Notes: a model not told the origin generated them from the sequence alone. Shown: positions 8,476 to 17,101, numbered from the stretch's first letter. The stretch is DNA of 32,000 nt from Nitrososphaerota archaeon (GCA_026712925.1 JAPOPJ010000240.1:1-32000), one strand, 5' to 3'. Numbers and translations are program-made.

Positions 8476-8805
8476 GTGCCAAGCAAATGTATGCTCAGAT
8501 TCAAGATAGCAAAGATGGATATCTTTCAAAGTTATTTTTTTGGTAGTGTTGAATTTCGTGGAGACACTTACAAGATTAACATTCAAAGTCAGAGAAGAGG
8601 AAAGGTACTCAAGCTGCCATTTGAAATGACATCAGGAAAGGAAAAAATGATAACCAGATTGACAGGCCCGGGCGACATCTTTGTAGAGGATTATCTTCCA
8701 TACTGCGGCGAGTCAGAATGGTTGGAGATAGACTCTGACGAGATTACTTTTTTTCTGGCAGACAATCAGGACAAGTTAGATACAGTAGAGATAATGGATA
8801 GATAG
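8476..8805 (+). CDS. Hypothetical protein (start uncertain: GTG 8476, ATG 8491 or ATG 8515)
   Basis: ORF with ordinary amino-acid composition. No motif was recognised. Confidence 0.4.
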   Translation: MPSKCMLRFKIAKMDIFQSYFFGSVEFRGDTYKINIQSQRRGKVLKLPFEMTSGKEKMITRLTGPGDIFVEDYLPYCGESEWLEIDSDEITFFLADNQDKLDTVEIMDR

Positions 8806-9175
8806 TGTTGTTTGGTGTCATGCATGTTAGCACATTTGGCATGGTGACGTAGATTGGTATGCTTTGGGTTTTTTGCACAAGCATTGCAAAAATCAGTTAT
8901 TGTATAATGCCGTACACTTTCAAAATCATTCATGTAATAGGCACCACTGTACCGGGCAGTGCATCCATACCAAAGCAAATCACATCCATGCCAGATCACA
9001 CCACATACACGGATATGACACCACACAGTATGTCAGTCAGAAAACAGTGCCTACTTGACGATCTCTACTGCTTAGCATCTACGGCTTAGCACCTACACTC
9101 ATACTCAAAAGCATGACTAGTCAGTACTAGACAAGATGAAAATGCATGCCAAAAGAAAGGGCTTTTATGTAATTC

Positions 9176-9730
9176 ATGAAAAAACACCACATGAGATGGC
9201 CCGGAACAAGCGATCCATATAAGAGAAAAAGGACCATCAGATTCCTCATAATCTCTGCAATCATTGGCATTTCAGTAGCAGCAGTATTTGCATTTACAAT
9301 GTCTGTCATAGACAGGGATAATCCACTCAAAGTATGCATCAATGACAGAAACACACCCTACAAGATTACAGCATCACTAGAATTGATTGTGGATGGCCAA
9401 CCGGCAGAAATTCCAGCTAGGATTGGTTTTGAAGAAAGAGATATACTAAATGAGGACTGCCAAAGAAGTCTGTACACATTGAATAATGATGGTACCATCT
9501 ATGCTGAATGGGAAGAAGCGTACCCCTTTGAGTTAGGACACTTTTTGTGGACATGGGATTTTCCGCTAAGAGACATGGATCAGTCAAAGTCCACAATATA
9601 CGTAAATGACGAAAAATCAGATGACTTTATACACCATCTACTACAAGACGGATACCACTACAAGGCCGTATTTACCAGCAAGGCATATGACACATCAAAG
9701 GATCAAGACTTTCTGCCACCTGAAAACTAG
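9176..9730 (+). CDS. Hypothetical membrane-anchored extracytoplasmic protein
   Basis: A basic N-terminus is followed by a single TM segment, FLIISAIIGISVAAVFAFTM. The rest is soluble with W/D/E-rich composition. Confidence 0.5.
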   Translation: MKKHHMRWPGTSDPYKRKRTIRFLIISAIIGISVAAVFAFTMSVIDRDNPLKVCINDRNTPYKITASLELIVDGQPAEIPARIGFEERDILNEDCQRSLYTLNNDGTIYAEWEEAYPFELGHFLWTWDFPLRDMDQSKSTIYVNDEKSDDFIHHLLQDGYHYKAVFTSKAYDTSKDQDFLPPEN

Positions 9731-9944
9731 TCCCCACATGACCACTTTACAAAACAGATACACGATACAAATTTTAAACATGCATCACATCTATAATTCC
9801 TAAAGTCACATAGTGTGGCAAATCACATTCACACTTGCACACAAAGCCAAACATCATTCACACACAAACCACATAATTTCTCAGATAACGCCTAGCACAA
9901 TAGGGTACAGTATCTAGATTGCAATCCTAGATGGCGTACCGGGT

Positions 9945-10006
9945 CACACCCTAGACCACACCCTAGATCATATCACACACAATACCCCAGAACACCACAC
10001 CTAGAC
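9945..10006. repeat. CACACCCTAGA(C/T) x2 in tandem, plus a third degenerate copy
   Basis: 12-mers at 9945 and 9957, and CACACCTAGAC at 9996. Further CTAGA sites occur at 9914 and 9927. Confidence 0.8.
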
Positions 10007-10088
10007 GGCATATCCTGCCAGCAACGCAAAAACCATACTAACAGTAACCACGAAACAAAAAATAATGAAAAGAAGAGAGGATATAATA

Positions 10089-10367
10089 TTACCAGTACTT
10101 GCCGTTGTCTGGAATTAGACCAATGCCTTCTCTCTCAAAGTGCCTGTCCAATTCGTCAACCCATCTTTCACGGTTGTCCTTGTATGACCAGCCGTGTACT
10201 CGCAACCAAAATGAGATAATTCCCAAAAGGAACACTGTAAACATCATGGTTCCAAAGATGTAGATCATTACGTCGTAGAATAACGGATCATAATTTGGAC
10301 CCAGCTGGCCTGTTACTGATGACAGGATGCTCATAAAGATCCCTACGATAGGAGTCATTGATAACAT
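10089..10367 (-). CDS. Small two-TM membrane protein; candidate accessory AMO subunit (AmoY/AmoZ class)
   Basis: 92 aa with two hydrophobic helices and a charged C-terminal tail. It lies close to the amo cluster. The assignment rests on context only. Confidence 0.55.
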   Translation of the reverse strand: MLSMTPIVGIFMSILSSVTGQLGPNYDPLFYDVMIYIFGTMMFTVFLLGIISFWLRVHGWSYKDNRERWVDELDRHFEREGIGLIPDNGKYW

Positions 10368-10470
10368 GGCATCATTTGTGCGATATATACATTTCTCTCA
10401 GATGTAAAAAATTGCGAGATCAGCACATGACTAAAAATCTAAAAGAAAATAGGGGGAATTTGGTTAATAA

Positions 10471-10803
10471 TTAACCTCTTCCCATTGCTGCATACTTGCC
10501 GGATTTGCCCCTTATGAAGAAGGCACCTGCAATTCCGCCAAATACCGCACCTGCAATTACGGCAGCACCAATAACTCCACCTGCATCAAGGTATGGAGTA
10601 CCAGAACCTGCACCCGGATTGGACTGTGCTGAGGCGACTCTTTCTGCTTGAATCGCAAGGGCCTCTTCGAGTGTGTGCTTGCCTGTTTCACCTTGATCAC
10701 CGACATTTCCAAGGTATTGCGCAAAGGCAACGCCGGATTCGGCATAAAAGCCTACAGTGAATACAGCAATTAGGGACGCTGTTAAAGCTAGTTTTCTTAT
10801 CAT
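10471..10803 (-). CDS. Small exported protein with a signal peptide and a Gly/Ala-rich C-terminal TM anchor; candidate accessory AMO subunit (AmoY/AmoZ class)
   Basis: 110 aa: MIRKLALTASLIAVFTVGF signal, then C-terminal GGVIGAAVIAGAVFGGIAGAFFIRGK. Confidence 0.55.
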   Translation of the reverse strand: MIRKLALTASLIAVFTVGFYAESGVAFAQYLGNVGDQGETGKHTLEEALAIQAERVASAQSNPGAGSGTPYLDAGGVIGAAVIAGAVFGGIAGAFFIRGKSGKYAAMGRG

Positions 10804-10953
10804 AGCGTTTCTAATCGTGTTGTAGCGAGAATACTTATTTAACCTTTATCTATTCCTTGAAAATCACCCCCTTGTGTACGAGATCGGCAGGACATAGGGT
10901 ATGGTCATGTGCAATAAGTAACGTTTAATTTTGTTCTAAAATCAGCCCACATC

Positions 10954-11403
10954 ATGGGAAGAATGCATACACACAGGCATGGAAAATCACACTCCATCAG
11001 GCCTAAAACCTTGATAACTCCAAAATGGATAACTCAGAGTTCAGAAGAAATTGAAGGGTTGGTAGTAAAGTATGCAAAAGAAGGCATGACTCCAAGCCAA
11101 ATTGGAATCAAATTAAGAGATCAGTACGCCATACCACTAGTAAAACCACTTGTAAAGAAGAGAATGGGAAGCATACTTGCAGAAAACGACCTTACTACAG
11201 ACATGCCTGAAGACTTGGAAAATATTGTAAAAAAGGCAGTTGGTCTTCAAAAGCACCTCAAGGCAAACAAGGGCGATAGGAGAAACGTCAGATCACTTGA
11301 ACTCATTGAGGCTAAAGTGCACAGGCTTTCAGTATATTATAAAAGAATAAACCGTATCCCAAAAAACTGGAAATATAAATCTGTGGTAGCCCAGTTAGAG
11401 TGA
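10954..11403 (+). CDS. rps15: 30S ribosomal protein uS15 (S15P/S13e)
   Basis: MGRMHTHRHGKSHSIRP... and the C-terminal LELIEAKVHRLSVYYK. A TATA-like GTTTAATTTTG lies about 26 nt upstream of the ATG. Confidence 0.93.
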   Translation: MGRMHTHRHGKSHSIRPKTLITPKWITQSSEEIEGLVVKYAKEGMTPSQIGIKLRDQYAIPLVKPLVKKRMGSILAENDLTTDMPEDLENIVKKAVGLQKHLKANKGDRRNVRSLELIEAKVHRLSVYYKRINRIPKNWKYKSVVAQLE

Positions 11404-12821
11404 TGGCAAAACTTGACGAGTCACTTGCATTATTCAGAGATACTGTTTTAGATTGCATCAAGGCAAAAAGATCTATTACAGTTCTAACTCATATAGACTG
11501 TGACGGTTTGACTTCTGGCAGTATAATCTCCAAGGCACTATTTAGAGCAGGAGCAAAATGCACCCTCAGAGTAGCAAAAGAATTTGGTAAAACAACAGCA
11601 GAGTCACTAAAAAAAGACGCAAGAGACTTTCACATAGTTACAGACTTGGGCGGCGGCTTTGCAAATGATATGGACAAAAGGCTGGGACGGAATTGGTTCA
11701 TTCTAGACCACCACCAAATTCCAGATGAAGAGATAGAAAATCAGAGAGTCATAAATGCATGGAAGTATGGCATTGATGGAGGTGCAGAGATATGCGCCGG
11801 CGGCATGGCATATCTTGCAGCCAAATCACTAGATGATAAAAATTCTGACCTATCTGCTGTTGCAGTAGTATCTGCACTTGGAGACAGACAGGACCGTGGT
11901 GAGAAAAAGTCATTTGTCGGAAAAAACATAGAGATAGCAAACACTGCAAAAGAGGAAGGACTCTTAGAGATGGACCTTGATTTGCTTCTAGTAGGAAGAG
12001 AGACACGAGCACTTGCAGACGCGCTAGCCTTTACATCACAGCCATTCATTGATGGACTTACATGGAATAGAGATGTGTGTCTTTCCCTTATGAACTCATC
12101 AGGGGTGCAGCTCAAAGAAGGAGGAAGATGGAGAGTGCCTGCCGAGCTTGACGAGAATGAAAAGAGAGCCGTCATTGAGGCAATCACAAAGTTTGCATCA
12201 GGAAAAAACGCCACTGAGATAATGTCTGATATGATAGGTTATACATACACATTTCCCACAGAAGACCGAAGAAGTTTCCTGCGGGACGGTAGAGAATTTT
12301 CCACCATGCTAAACTCGTGTGGCCGCATTAGCAGGTCTGGTGTAGGCATGGCAATATGCATGGGGGATAGAAACAAAATACTACTAGAAGGTGAAAATAT
12401 CCTCATGGAGTATAGAAAGACAATCAGAGGTTTGATGAATAGAATAACAAACGAGCGATGGAGGATTTCAGAGAGTAATACGTGTGTTATGGTAAATGGT
12501 GAGGGGGTAATTCCAGAGACCATGACTGGAACAATATCATCTCTAATTGCAGGTGCTCCAAAAAATGCTGGAAAGATAGTCATTTTACGGACAAACTCTG
12601 AGGAGAATACCATAAAGTTTTCATCTAGAAAATCACACAGCTGCAAGTCTGGAATTAATCTGAGTGATTTGATGAAGGCAGGTGCAGAAAGATTTGATGG
12701 TGTAGGAGGAGGACATGATGCCGCAGCAGGTGCAAAGATAACTAAAGACAAATTGGACGGATTTCTTGACTATTTGGAAGTAAATGTCATTAACGTGCAG
12801 GGTTCGGATAGTGCTAAATGA
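11403..12821 (+). CDS. RecJ-like DHH/DHHA1 phosphoesterase (archaeal RecJ/Cdc45 or GAN-type)
   Basis: Motifs HIDCDGLTSG, DHHQ and GGGHDAAAGA. Its ATG overlaps the uS15 TGA (TGATG). The uS15-RecJ linkage is a known archaeal neighbourhood. Confidence 0.85.
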   Translation: MAKLDESLALFRDTVLDCIKAKRSITVLTHIDCDGLTSGSIISKALFRAGAKCTLRVAKEFGKTTAESLKKDARDFHIVTDLGGGFANDMDKRLGRNWFILDHHQIPDEEIENQRVINAWKYGIDGGAEICAGGMAYLAAKSLDDKNSDLSAVAVVSALGDRQDRGEKKSFVGKNIEIANTAKEEGLLEMDLDLLLVGRETRALADALAFTSQPFIDGLTWNRDVCLSLMNSSGVQLKEGGRWRVPAELDENEKRAVIEAITKFASGKNATEIMSDMIGYTYTFPTEDRRSFLRDGREFSTMLNSCGRISRSGVGMAICMGDRNKILLEGENILMEYRKTIRGLMNRITNERWRISESNTCVMVNGEGVIPETMTGTISSLIAGAPKNAGKIVILRTNSEENTIKFSSRKSHSCKSGINLSDLMKAGAERFDGVGGGHDAAAGAKITKDKLDGFLDYLEVNVINVQGSDSAK

Positions 12822-13026
12822 TATCACGGCAGAAAAGGCTGCCGCAGTCAAAGAGTCCCTAGAACCAGATAATATCAATTTTCCAAAAGGCCTGAGTCTA
12901 CATACTGAGGGTATAGATGGCGGGTTAGCTTTTATTTTTGAGAGTACACAAGACATGAAAAAGATGATTGGCAGTATAGATGAAGTATTAGGACATGTAC
13001 AGATTGCACTAAAGGTGATGAAATGA
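12784..13026 (+). CDS. Small protein, possibly a KEOPS Pcc1-like subunit
   Basis: 80 aa. AAAVKESLEPDNINFP resembles the Pcc1 A..SL.P(E/D) segment. It overlaps the recJ-like 3' end and the serS start (ATGA). Confidence 0.4.
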   Translation: MSLTCRVRIVLNDITAEKAAAVKESLEPDNINFPKGLSLHTEGIDGGLAFIFESTQDMKKMIGSIDEVLGHVQIALKVMK

Positions 13027-14288
13027 TGTTAGACCCCAAAATAATCAAAGAAAAACCAAATGACATACTAAATATGTTAAATGCAAGAGGTGTAAAATTT
13101 GACCTAGACGCACTAACTGATTCTAATAAAAAGAGACTTGCAATGATTGCAGAGACTGACATTTTAAGAGAAAAGAAAAACCAGATTGCACAAGAAATAT
13201 CCCAGAAAAAAAAGAACCAGCAAGATGCAAGTGGTATGATATCAGAAATGAAGGGAATTGCAGAAAAACTTGCAGAATTAGAATTAGAGCAACGACAAGT
13301 AGATGAGAAATATCTAAAGTTGGCATTGACTATACCAAATATGATTGACAAGTCTGTTCCAATAGGGGATGAGTCTGCAAATGTAGTGGTAAGAAAGTGG
13401 GGTGAGATTCCAAAGTTTGACTTTGATGCAAGAAATCACATTGATATTTCTGAGGAGCGAAGCTTGGTAGATATGGCTAGAGCCGCCAAGGTATCAGGGG
13501 CAAGATTTTACTATCTGAGAAATGATATGGTAAGACTAAACCAATCCCTCATACAATATTCCCTTGACTTTCTTGCAGCAAGAAATTATTCCCTAGTTCA
13601 ACCACCATACATGATAAATAGACAGTCCATGCAAGGAGCAGTTATTGCAGATGACTTTGAGGATGTAATTTACAAGATAGAAGGTGAGGACCTATACATG
13701 ATTGGTACGTCTGAGCACGCAATGGCTGCAATGCATTCAGGTGAAATAATCAAAGGCGCAGATGTTCCACTCAGATATGCAGGTGTGAGTCCATGCTTTA
13801 GAAAAGAAGCAGGAGCACACGGGAGAGACCAAAAGGGAATATTCAGAGTACACCAGTTTGAAAAAGTAGAACAGTTTGTGTTTGCAAAGCCAGAGGAATC
13901 ATGGGCCGAACACGAGAGGATGTTATCTGTAGCTGAAGAGTTCTATCAGAGTCTTGAAATACCACACAGAGTAGTATTACTATCTAGTGTAGATATGGGC
14001 AAAGTCTCTGCAAAGACATATGACATTGAGGCCTGGATGGCAGGACAGGGAGCGTTTCGTGAAATAGTGTCATGCTCAAATTGCCTAGACTATCAGGCAA
14101 GGAGGCTAAAGATTAGAGTCAGAGAAAATACAAACGAGGAAACACAATACATTCACACTCTAAATAGCACGCTTGTTGCCACATCTAGAGTACTAGTAGC
14201 ACTAGTTGAGAATTTTCAAACAAAAGACGGACACATCAAAATTCCTCAAGTTCTGCAAGGGTATATGGGCGGACAAAAGGAGATATAG
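13023..14288 (+). CDS. serS: Seryl-tRNA synthetase
   Basis: An N-terminal coiled-coil arm and class II motifs including FRVHQFEKVEQF and LNSTLVATSR. Confidence 0.93.
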   Translation: MMLDPKIIKEKPNDILNMLNARGVKFDLDALTDSNKKRLAMIAETDILREKKNQIAQEISQKKKNQQDASGMISEMKGIAEKLAELELEQRQVDEKYLKLALTIPNMIDKSVPIGDESANVVVRKWGEIPKFDFDARNHIDISEERSLVDMARAAKVSGARFYYLRNDMVRLNQSLIQYSLDFLAARNYSLVQPPYMINRQSMQGAVIADDFEDVIYKIEGEDLYMIGTSEHAMAAMHSGEIIKGADVPLRYAGVSPCFRKEAGAHGRDQKGIFRVHQFEKVEQFVFAKPEESWAEHERMLSVAEEFYQSLEIPHRVVLLSSVDMGKVSAKTYDIEAWMAGQGAFREIVSCSNCLDYQARRLKIRVRENTNEETQYIHTLNSTLVATSRVLVALVENFQTKDGHIKIPQVLQGYMGGQKEI

Positions 14289-14297
14289 TTTAGAGTG

Positions 14298-14336
14298 TAT
14301 GGGGTTTGGTATTATGGGGGTTTGATGTATGGTGTC
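14298..14336. repeat. G/T-rich tandem repeat TATGGGG(G)TTTG.. of about 2.5 copies, directly after the serS stop
   Basis: TATGGGGTTTGGTAT / TATGGGGGTTTGATG / TATGGTGTC, read directly. Confidence 0.7.
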
Positions 14337-14405
14337 AATGCACCAGCAGGTTTAGTTATCATACCTCAGAGTATGACTGTTTAGCGAGTTGTTTTAGCAT
14401 CTAAT

Positions 14406-14756
14406 TTGAAGATGCACACATATATCCACATTCAAAAATCATCAAACACGATTAAAACAATATTCTGGGTAGTTCTTACAGTGGCCGTTGCCAGTGTCAT
14501 ACTAACAATACAAATCATTGTATACACCCAAAATGAGGAAGTAGAATTGTCAATTGAGGAGTTAAAGCAGATATCACTTGATGAAGAAAAGATCTTTAAT
14601 GATTATCTCACACCATACGAGATGTCGTCTGCAATGATTGAGCACTTTGGTGGATTAAATCAGACATTGTGGCACTACAACCATTTCAACGACTTGCTGG
14701 ATAACAGCAAAGACAACCCCTACATGGAGGAGATAAATGAGATTGCGATGTTGTAG
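14406..14756 (+). CDS. Hypothetical N-terminally anchored protein, possibly the 5' part of a gene interrupted by an in-frame TAG
   Basis: TM segment IFWVVLTVAVASVILTIQIIVY. The ORF ends at TAG 14754-14756 and is in the same frame as 14769..15143. Confidence 0.4.
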   Translation: MKMHTYIHIQKSSNTIKTIFWVVLTVAVASVILTIQIIVYTQNEEVELSIEELKQISLDEEKIFNDYLTPYEMSSAMIEHFGGLNQTLWHYNHFNDLLDNSKDNPYMEEINEIAML

Positions 14757-14768
14757 TTCAACTTTGAC

Positions 14769-15143
14769 GTGCTGACAAACACGGTAGTATGCGGAGACAA
14801 AATAGCCGTACTCGTGATACAAGAGTGCAAGCTTGCAGGAACATACCAGCAACCTGACTTGGAACCACTACAGAAACTCCACACATATCTGGAAGCAGAG
14901 TATCCAATCAACGCAACGACACCTAGTCTGCAAGACATGTTTGGTGACATGAGTGTACTGACCCCAGAGATACTAGAAATTAAGGAGACAACAGCCCTGT
15001 TTGGATTACCTCCTGAAGAGTTACTGGAGGAAGAACCCGGATACTGGTCAGCCGTCGGCTGGTACGGTAGTTGTGAAATAATAGATAATGGTACTGATTG
15101 TGCCAAGTATCTAGAAAGGGCAAAAGCAAGATCATTGGAATAG
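14769..15143 (+). CDS. Hypothetical acidic protein with no ATG start; possibly the 3' part of the interrupted gene
   Basis: Protein-like composition. Only a GTG start is available, and it is in frame with the upstream ORF. Confidence 0.35.
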   Translation: MLTNTVVCGDKIAVLVIQECKLAGTYQQPDLEPLQKLHTYLEAEYPINATTPSLQDMFGDMSVLTPEILEIKETTALFGLPPEELLEEEPGYWSAVGWYGSCEIIDNGTDCAKYLERAKARSLE

Positions 15144-15733
15144 TCATCAAAAGAAGAAAAGAATTTTCAAATTGGTGCGGATAATACCAACGTTCCAAGA
15201 GCATACGCACCGATTAACTATCATGCTGCAGTGTACATGAATAATTGTCAGGAACTATACACTTACTGCTATACTATACATCAAAAGGAAGCTACAACAA
15301 CTACAAGAACATCGTGTGGGAAGCGTTGATCATGTTACAGGAACTTCTGTAACGGCGTACATGTCAACAACACCAACTAGCAGTGATGTAAACTATGCAT
15401 ATGCGTTCTCAGAGCGCTGGCCAGGTGGTTCACTTTCAGCCGATCAAGACATAGCATGTAATGAAAGTGAAGTCAAAGTGTATAATTCGGTCACTATCGG
15501 TATAGTTACAGTGCCACTGTAACGTACGATCGTGGTGCACATTTCATTGGCCATATTATGGAATAATAGTACTTCAAATACTATATTTTGATTTAAAGAT
15601 CTTGTAAGAATCTGTCGCATAACCCTGCCCGAAGCTGTCGTTACAGGGATGTTTTCTGTGCCTGAAAACGGAATTATGCAACACACTCGCATTCCGCATA
15701 CCCTTATATTTTGGATTCAAAGGTCGAAAGTGA

Positions 15734-16345
15734 TTGGCACGTAGAAAAGGTAGAGTAAAGGACAAGTGGCGAGAAAAACGCTGGATAACAATATACGCTT
15801 CTGAGGCATTTAACAACATCCCATTATCATACGTCCCAATTACTGATGATGAAAAGGCATCTGGAAGAGTACTAGAAATGACGCTACATGATATAATAAA
15901 GGGCGATCCCTCAAATCACCAATTCAAGCTATACTTTCAGATTGACAAGATTCAAGAAGACAAGGCAACATCCATCTTCAAACGCTGGGAATACTCTAAA
16001 GAGTATCTGCGGAGTCTGGTCAGACGTGGCTCCTCAAAGATCACCTTTATCATTGATGCTAAAACAAAAGACGGGTACATATTTAGAATTAAAATAATTG
16101 CGCTCACACACAGACAGCTCAACACATCAAGAAAGCATGCGTTACGACTTATTGCAAAAGATATTATCGAAAAGACTGTTCCTGAAATGACCATCCATCA
16201 GTTTGTGCAAGCTGTATGTTATAGTAAAATCAACTCTGATATTATGGCTGCATTCAAAAAGGTAATCAGGGTAAGACATGTAGGCCTAGAGAAGGTAAAA
16301 CTTATCAGAACAGCAGAAAAAGAGATTGCCTTGTTAGAAGCATAA
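15734..16345 (+). CDS. rps3ae: 30S ribosomal protein eS1 (S3Ae)
   Basis: (M)ARRKGRVKDKWREKRWITIYASEAFNN... is typical of S3Ae. The start is TTG, directly after an in-frame TGA. Confidence 0.9.
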   Translation: MARRKGRVKDKWREKRWITIYASEAFNNIPLSYVPITDDEKASGRVLEMTLHDIIKGDPSNHQFKLYFQIDKIQEDKATSIFKRWEYSKEYLRSLVRRGSSKITFIIDAKTKDGYIFRIKIIALTHRQLNTSRKHALRLIAKDIIEKTVPEMTIHQFVQAVCYSKINSDIMAAFKKVIRVRHVGLEKVKLIRTAEKEIALLEA

Positions 16346-16351
16346 TCGCTC

Positions 16352-16777
16352 ATGGCAGGCGCGCTAGAAATTACAATAGACATCATAATTCATGCCACCG
16401 AAGTCAGCTCAAAATTTCTTGATGTCTTTGAAGAGTCATTTGGCGTGCCTCGAGAAAAATTCTCAGCAGTACAGTCCACAGGATACTATGATAATATCAT
16501 AACTATTCAAAGTGCAAGACTGCAAAAGAGTTCTGCACATACCTTTCTAGAGATACTTTTTAAAAGACTAAGTAAATCGCAAAAGGATATGATATCTGAG
16601 GAATTTGACAAAAGACTGTCAGGATCAAAGTTTCATCTTAGACTGGGAAAACAAGAGTTTGTTACAGGTACACTAGCCTTTAAGGAAAATGATGCAATAA
16701 GACTCAAGATACACACTCCCATATATAACAAAAAGGATGCTAATAGAATATTCAAGGAATTGTTCCAACTAGATTAA
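16352..16777 (+). CDS. Conserved archaeal protein, possibly of the COG1325 RNA-binding/exosome-associated family
   Basis: 141 aa. The N-terminal IIIHATEVSSKF resembles the HPTED-type N-terminal motif of that family. It follows rps3ae. Confidence 0.35.
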   Translation: MAGALEITIDIIIHATEVSSKFLDVFEESFGVPREKFSAVQSTGYYDNIITIQSARLQKSSAHTFLEILFKRLSKSQKDMISEEFDKRLSGSKFHLRLGKQEFVTGTLAFKENDAIRLKIHTPIYNKKDANRIFKELFQLD

Positions 16778-16896
16778 ATAGAAACAAGTCCGAATATAAT
16801 CCGGGAATGAGGAGATAACAGCCGCTCCAGTCTGAGCTAAAGCCATGAGGACGCCGCGACGAACCGACCCAAAATATCTAACTAATATAATATGAC

Positions 16897-17085
16897 TTGT
16901 CAGTCCCACTTTATCATCACATTGTGTTGACCCACTATTGTTCACCCACTATTGTCCACCCATGTTATCTGCCCGTGTTGTCCATCTGTGTTGTTCATCC
17001 ATATCATGACACTGTTGGCCCACTATCATCCATCCGTATTATCCATCGTGTTGTCTGCCCATATCACACCACCACATTGTTTTAA
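16897..17085. repeat. Degenerate array of 13-14-bp units (consensus about CCCAYTRTTGTYCA, roughly 12 units), G-poor on the plus strand
   Basis: CCCACTATTGTTCA CCCACTATTGTCCA CCCATGTTATCTG CCCGTGTTGTCCA TCTGTGTTGTTCA ..., read directly. Confidence 0.75.
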
Positions 17086-17101
17086 ATACAGATGTACGGG
17101 G

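Noticed and set aside
11741-13351. Long antisense ORFs (11741..12214, 12239..12751, 12633..12956, 12932..13351)
   Set aside because: They lie opposite the RecJ-like and serS genes, whose motifs are unambiguous. Their Ser/Phe/Leu-rich low-complexity translations are typical of antisense frames.
14754-14756. In-frame TAG read as pyrrolysine
   Set aside because: No pyl genes are visible, and the lineage is not known to use pyrrolysine. A nonsense mutation, a sequencing error or two separate genes are more economical explanations.
15316-15522. 68-aa ORF between the twin hairpins as a real gene
   Set aside because: It has a GTG start, no recognisable motif, and its end falls inside the second hairpin. 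It is kept only as context for the hairpin finding.
16820-16850. tRNA-like D-arm string on the minus strand (TAGCTCAGACTGGAGC)
   Set aside because: No matching acceptor stem, anticodon arm or T arm could be built around it.
16952-17101. The 50-codon N-terminal extension of the GGR-family ORF
   Set aside because: It is a translation of the degenerate G-poor repeat array (His/Pro/Cys/Val-rich). The Rossmann GxGxxG motif follows immediately after ATG 17102, and a TATA-like box sits just upstream.
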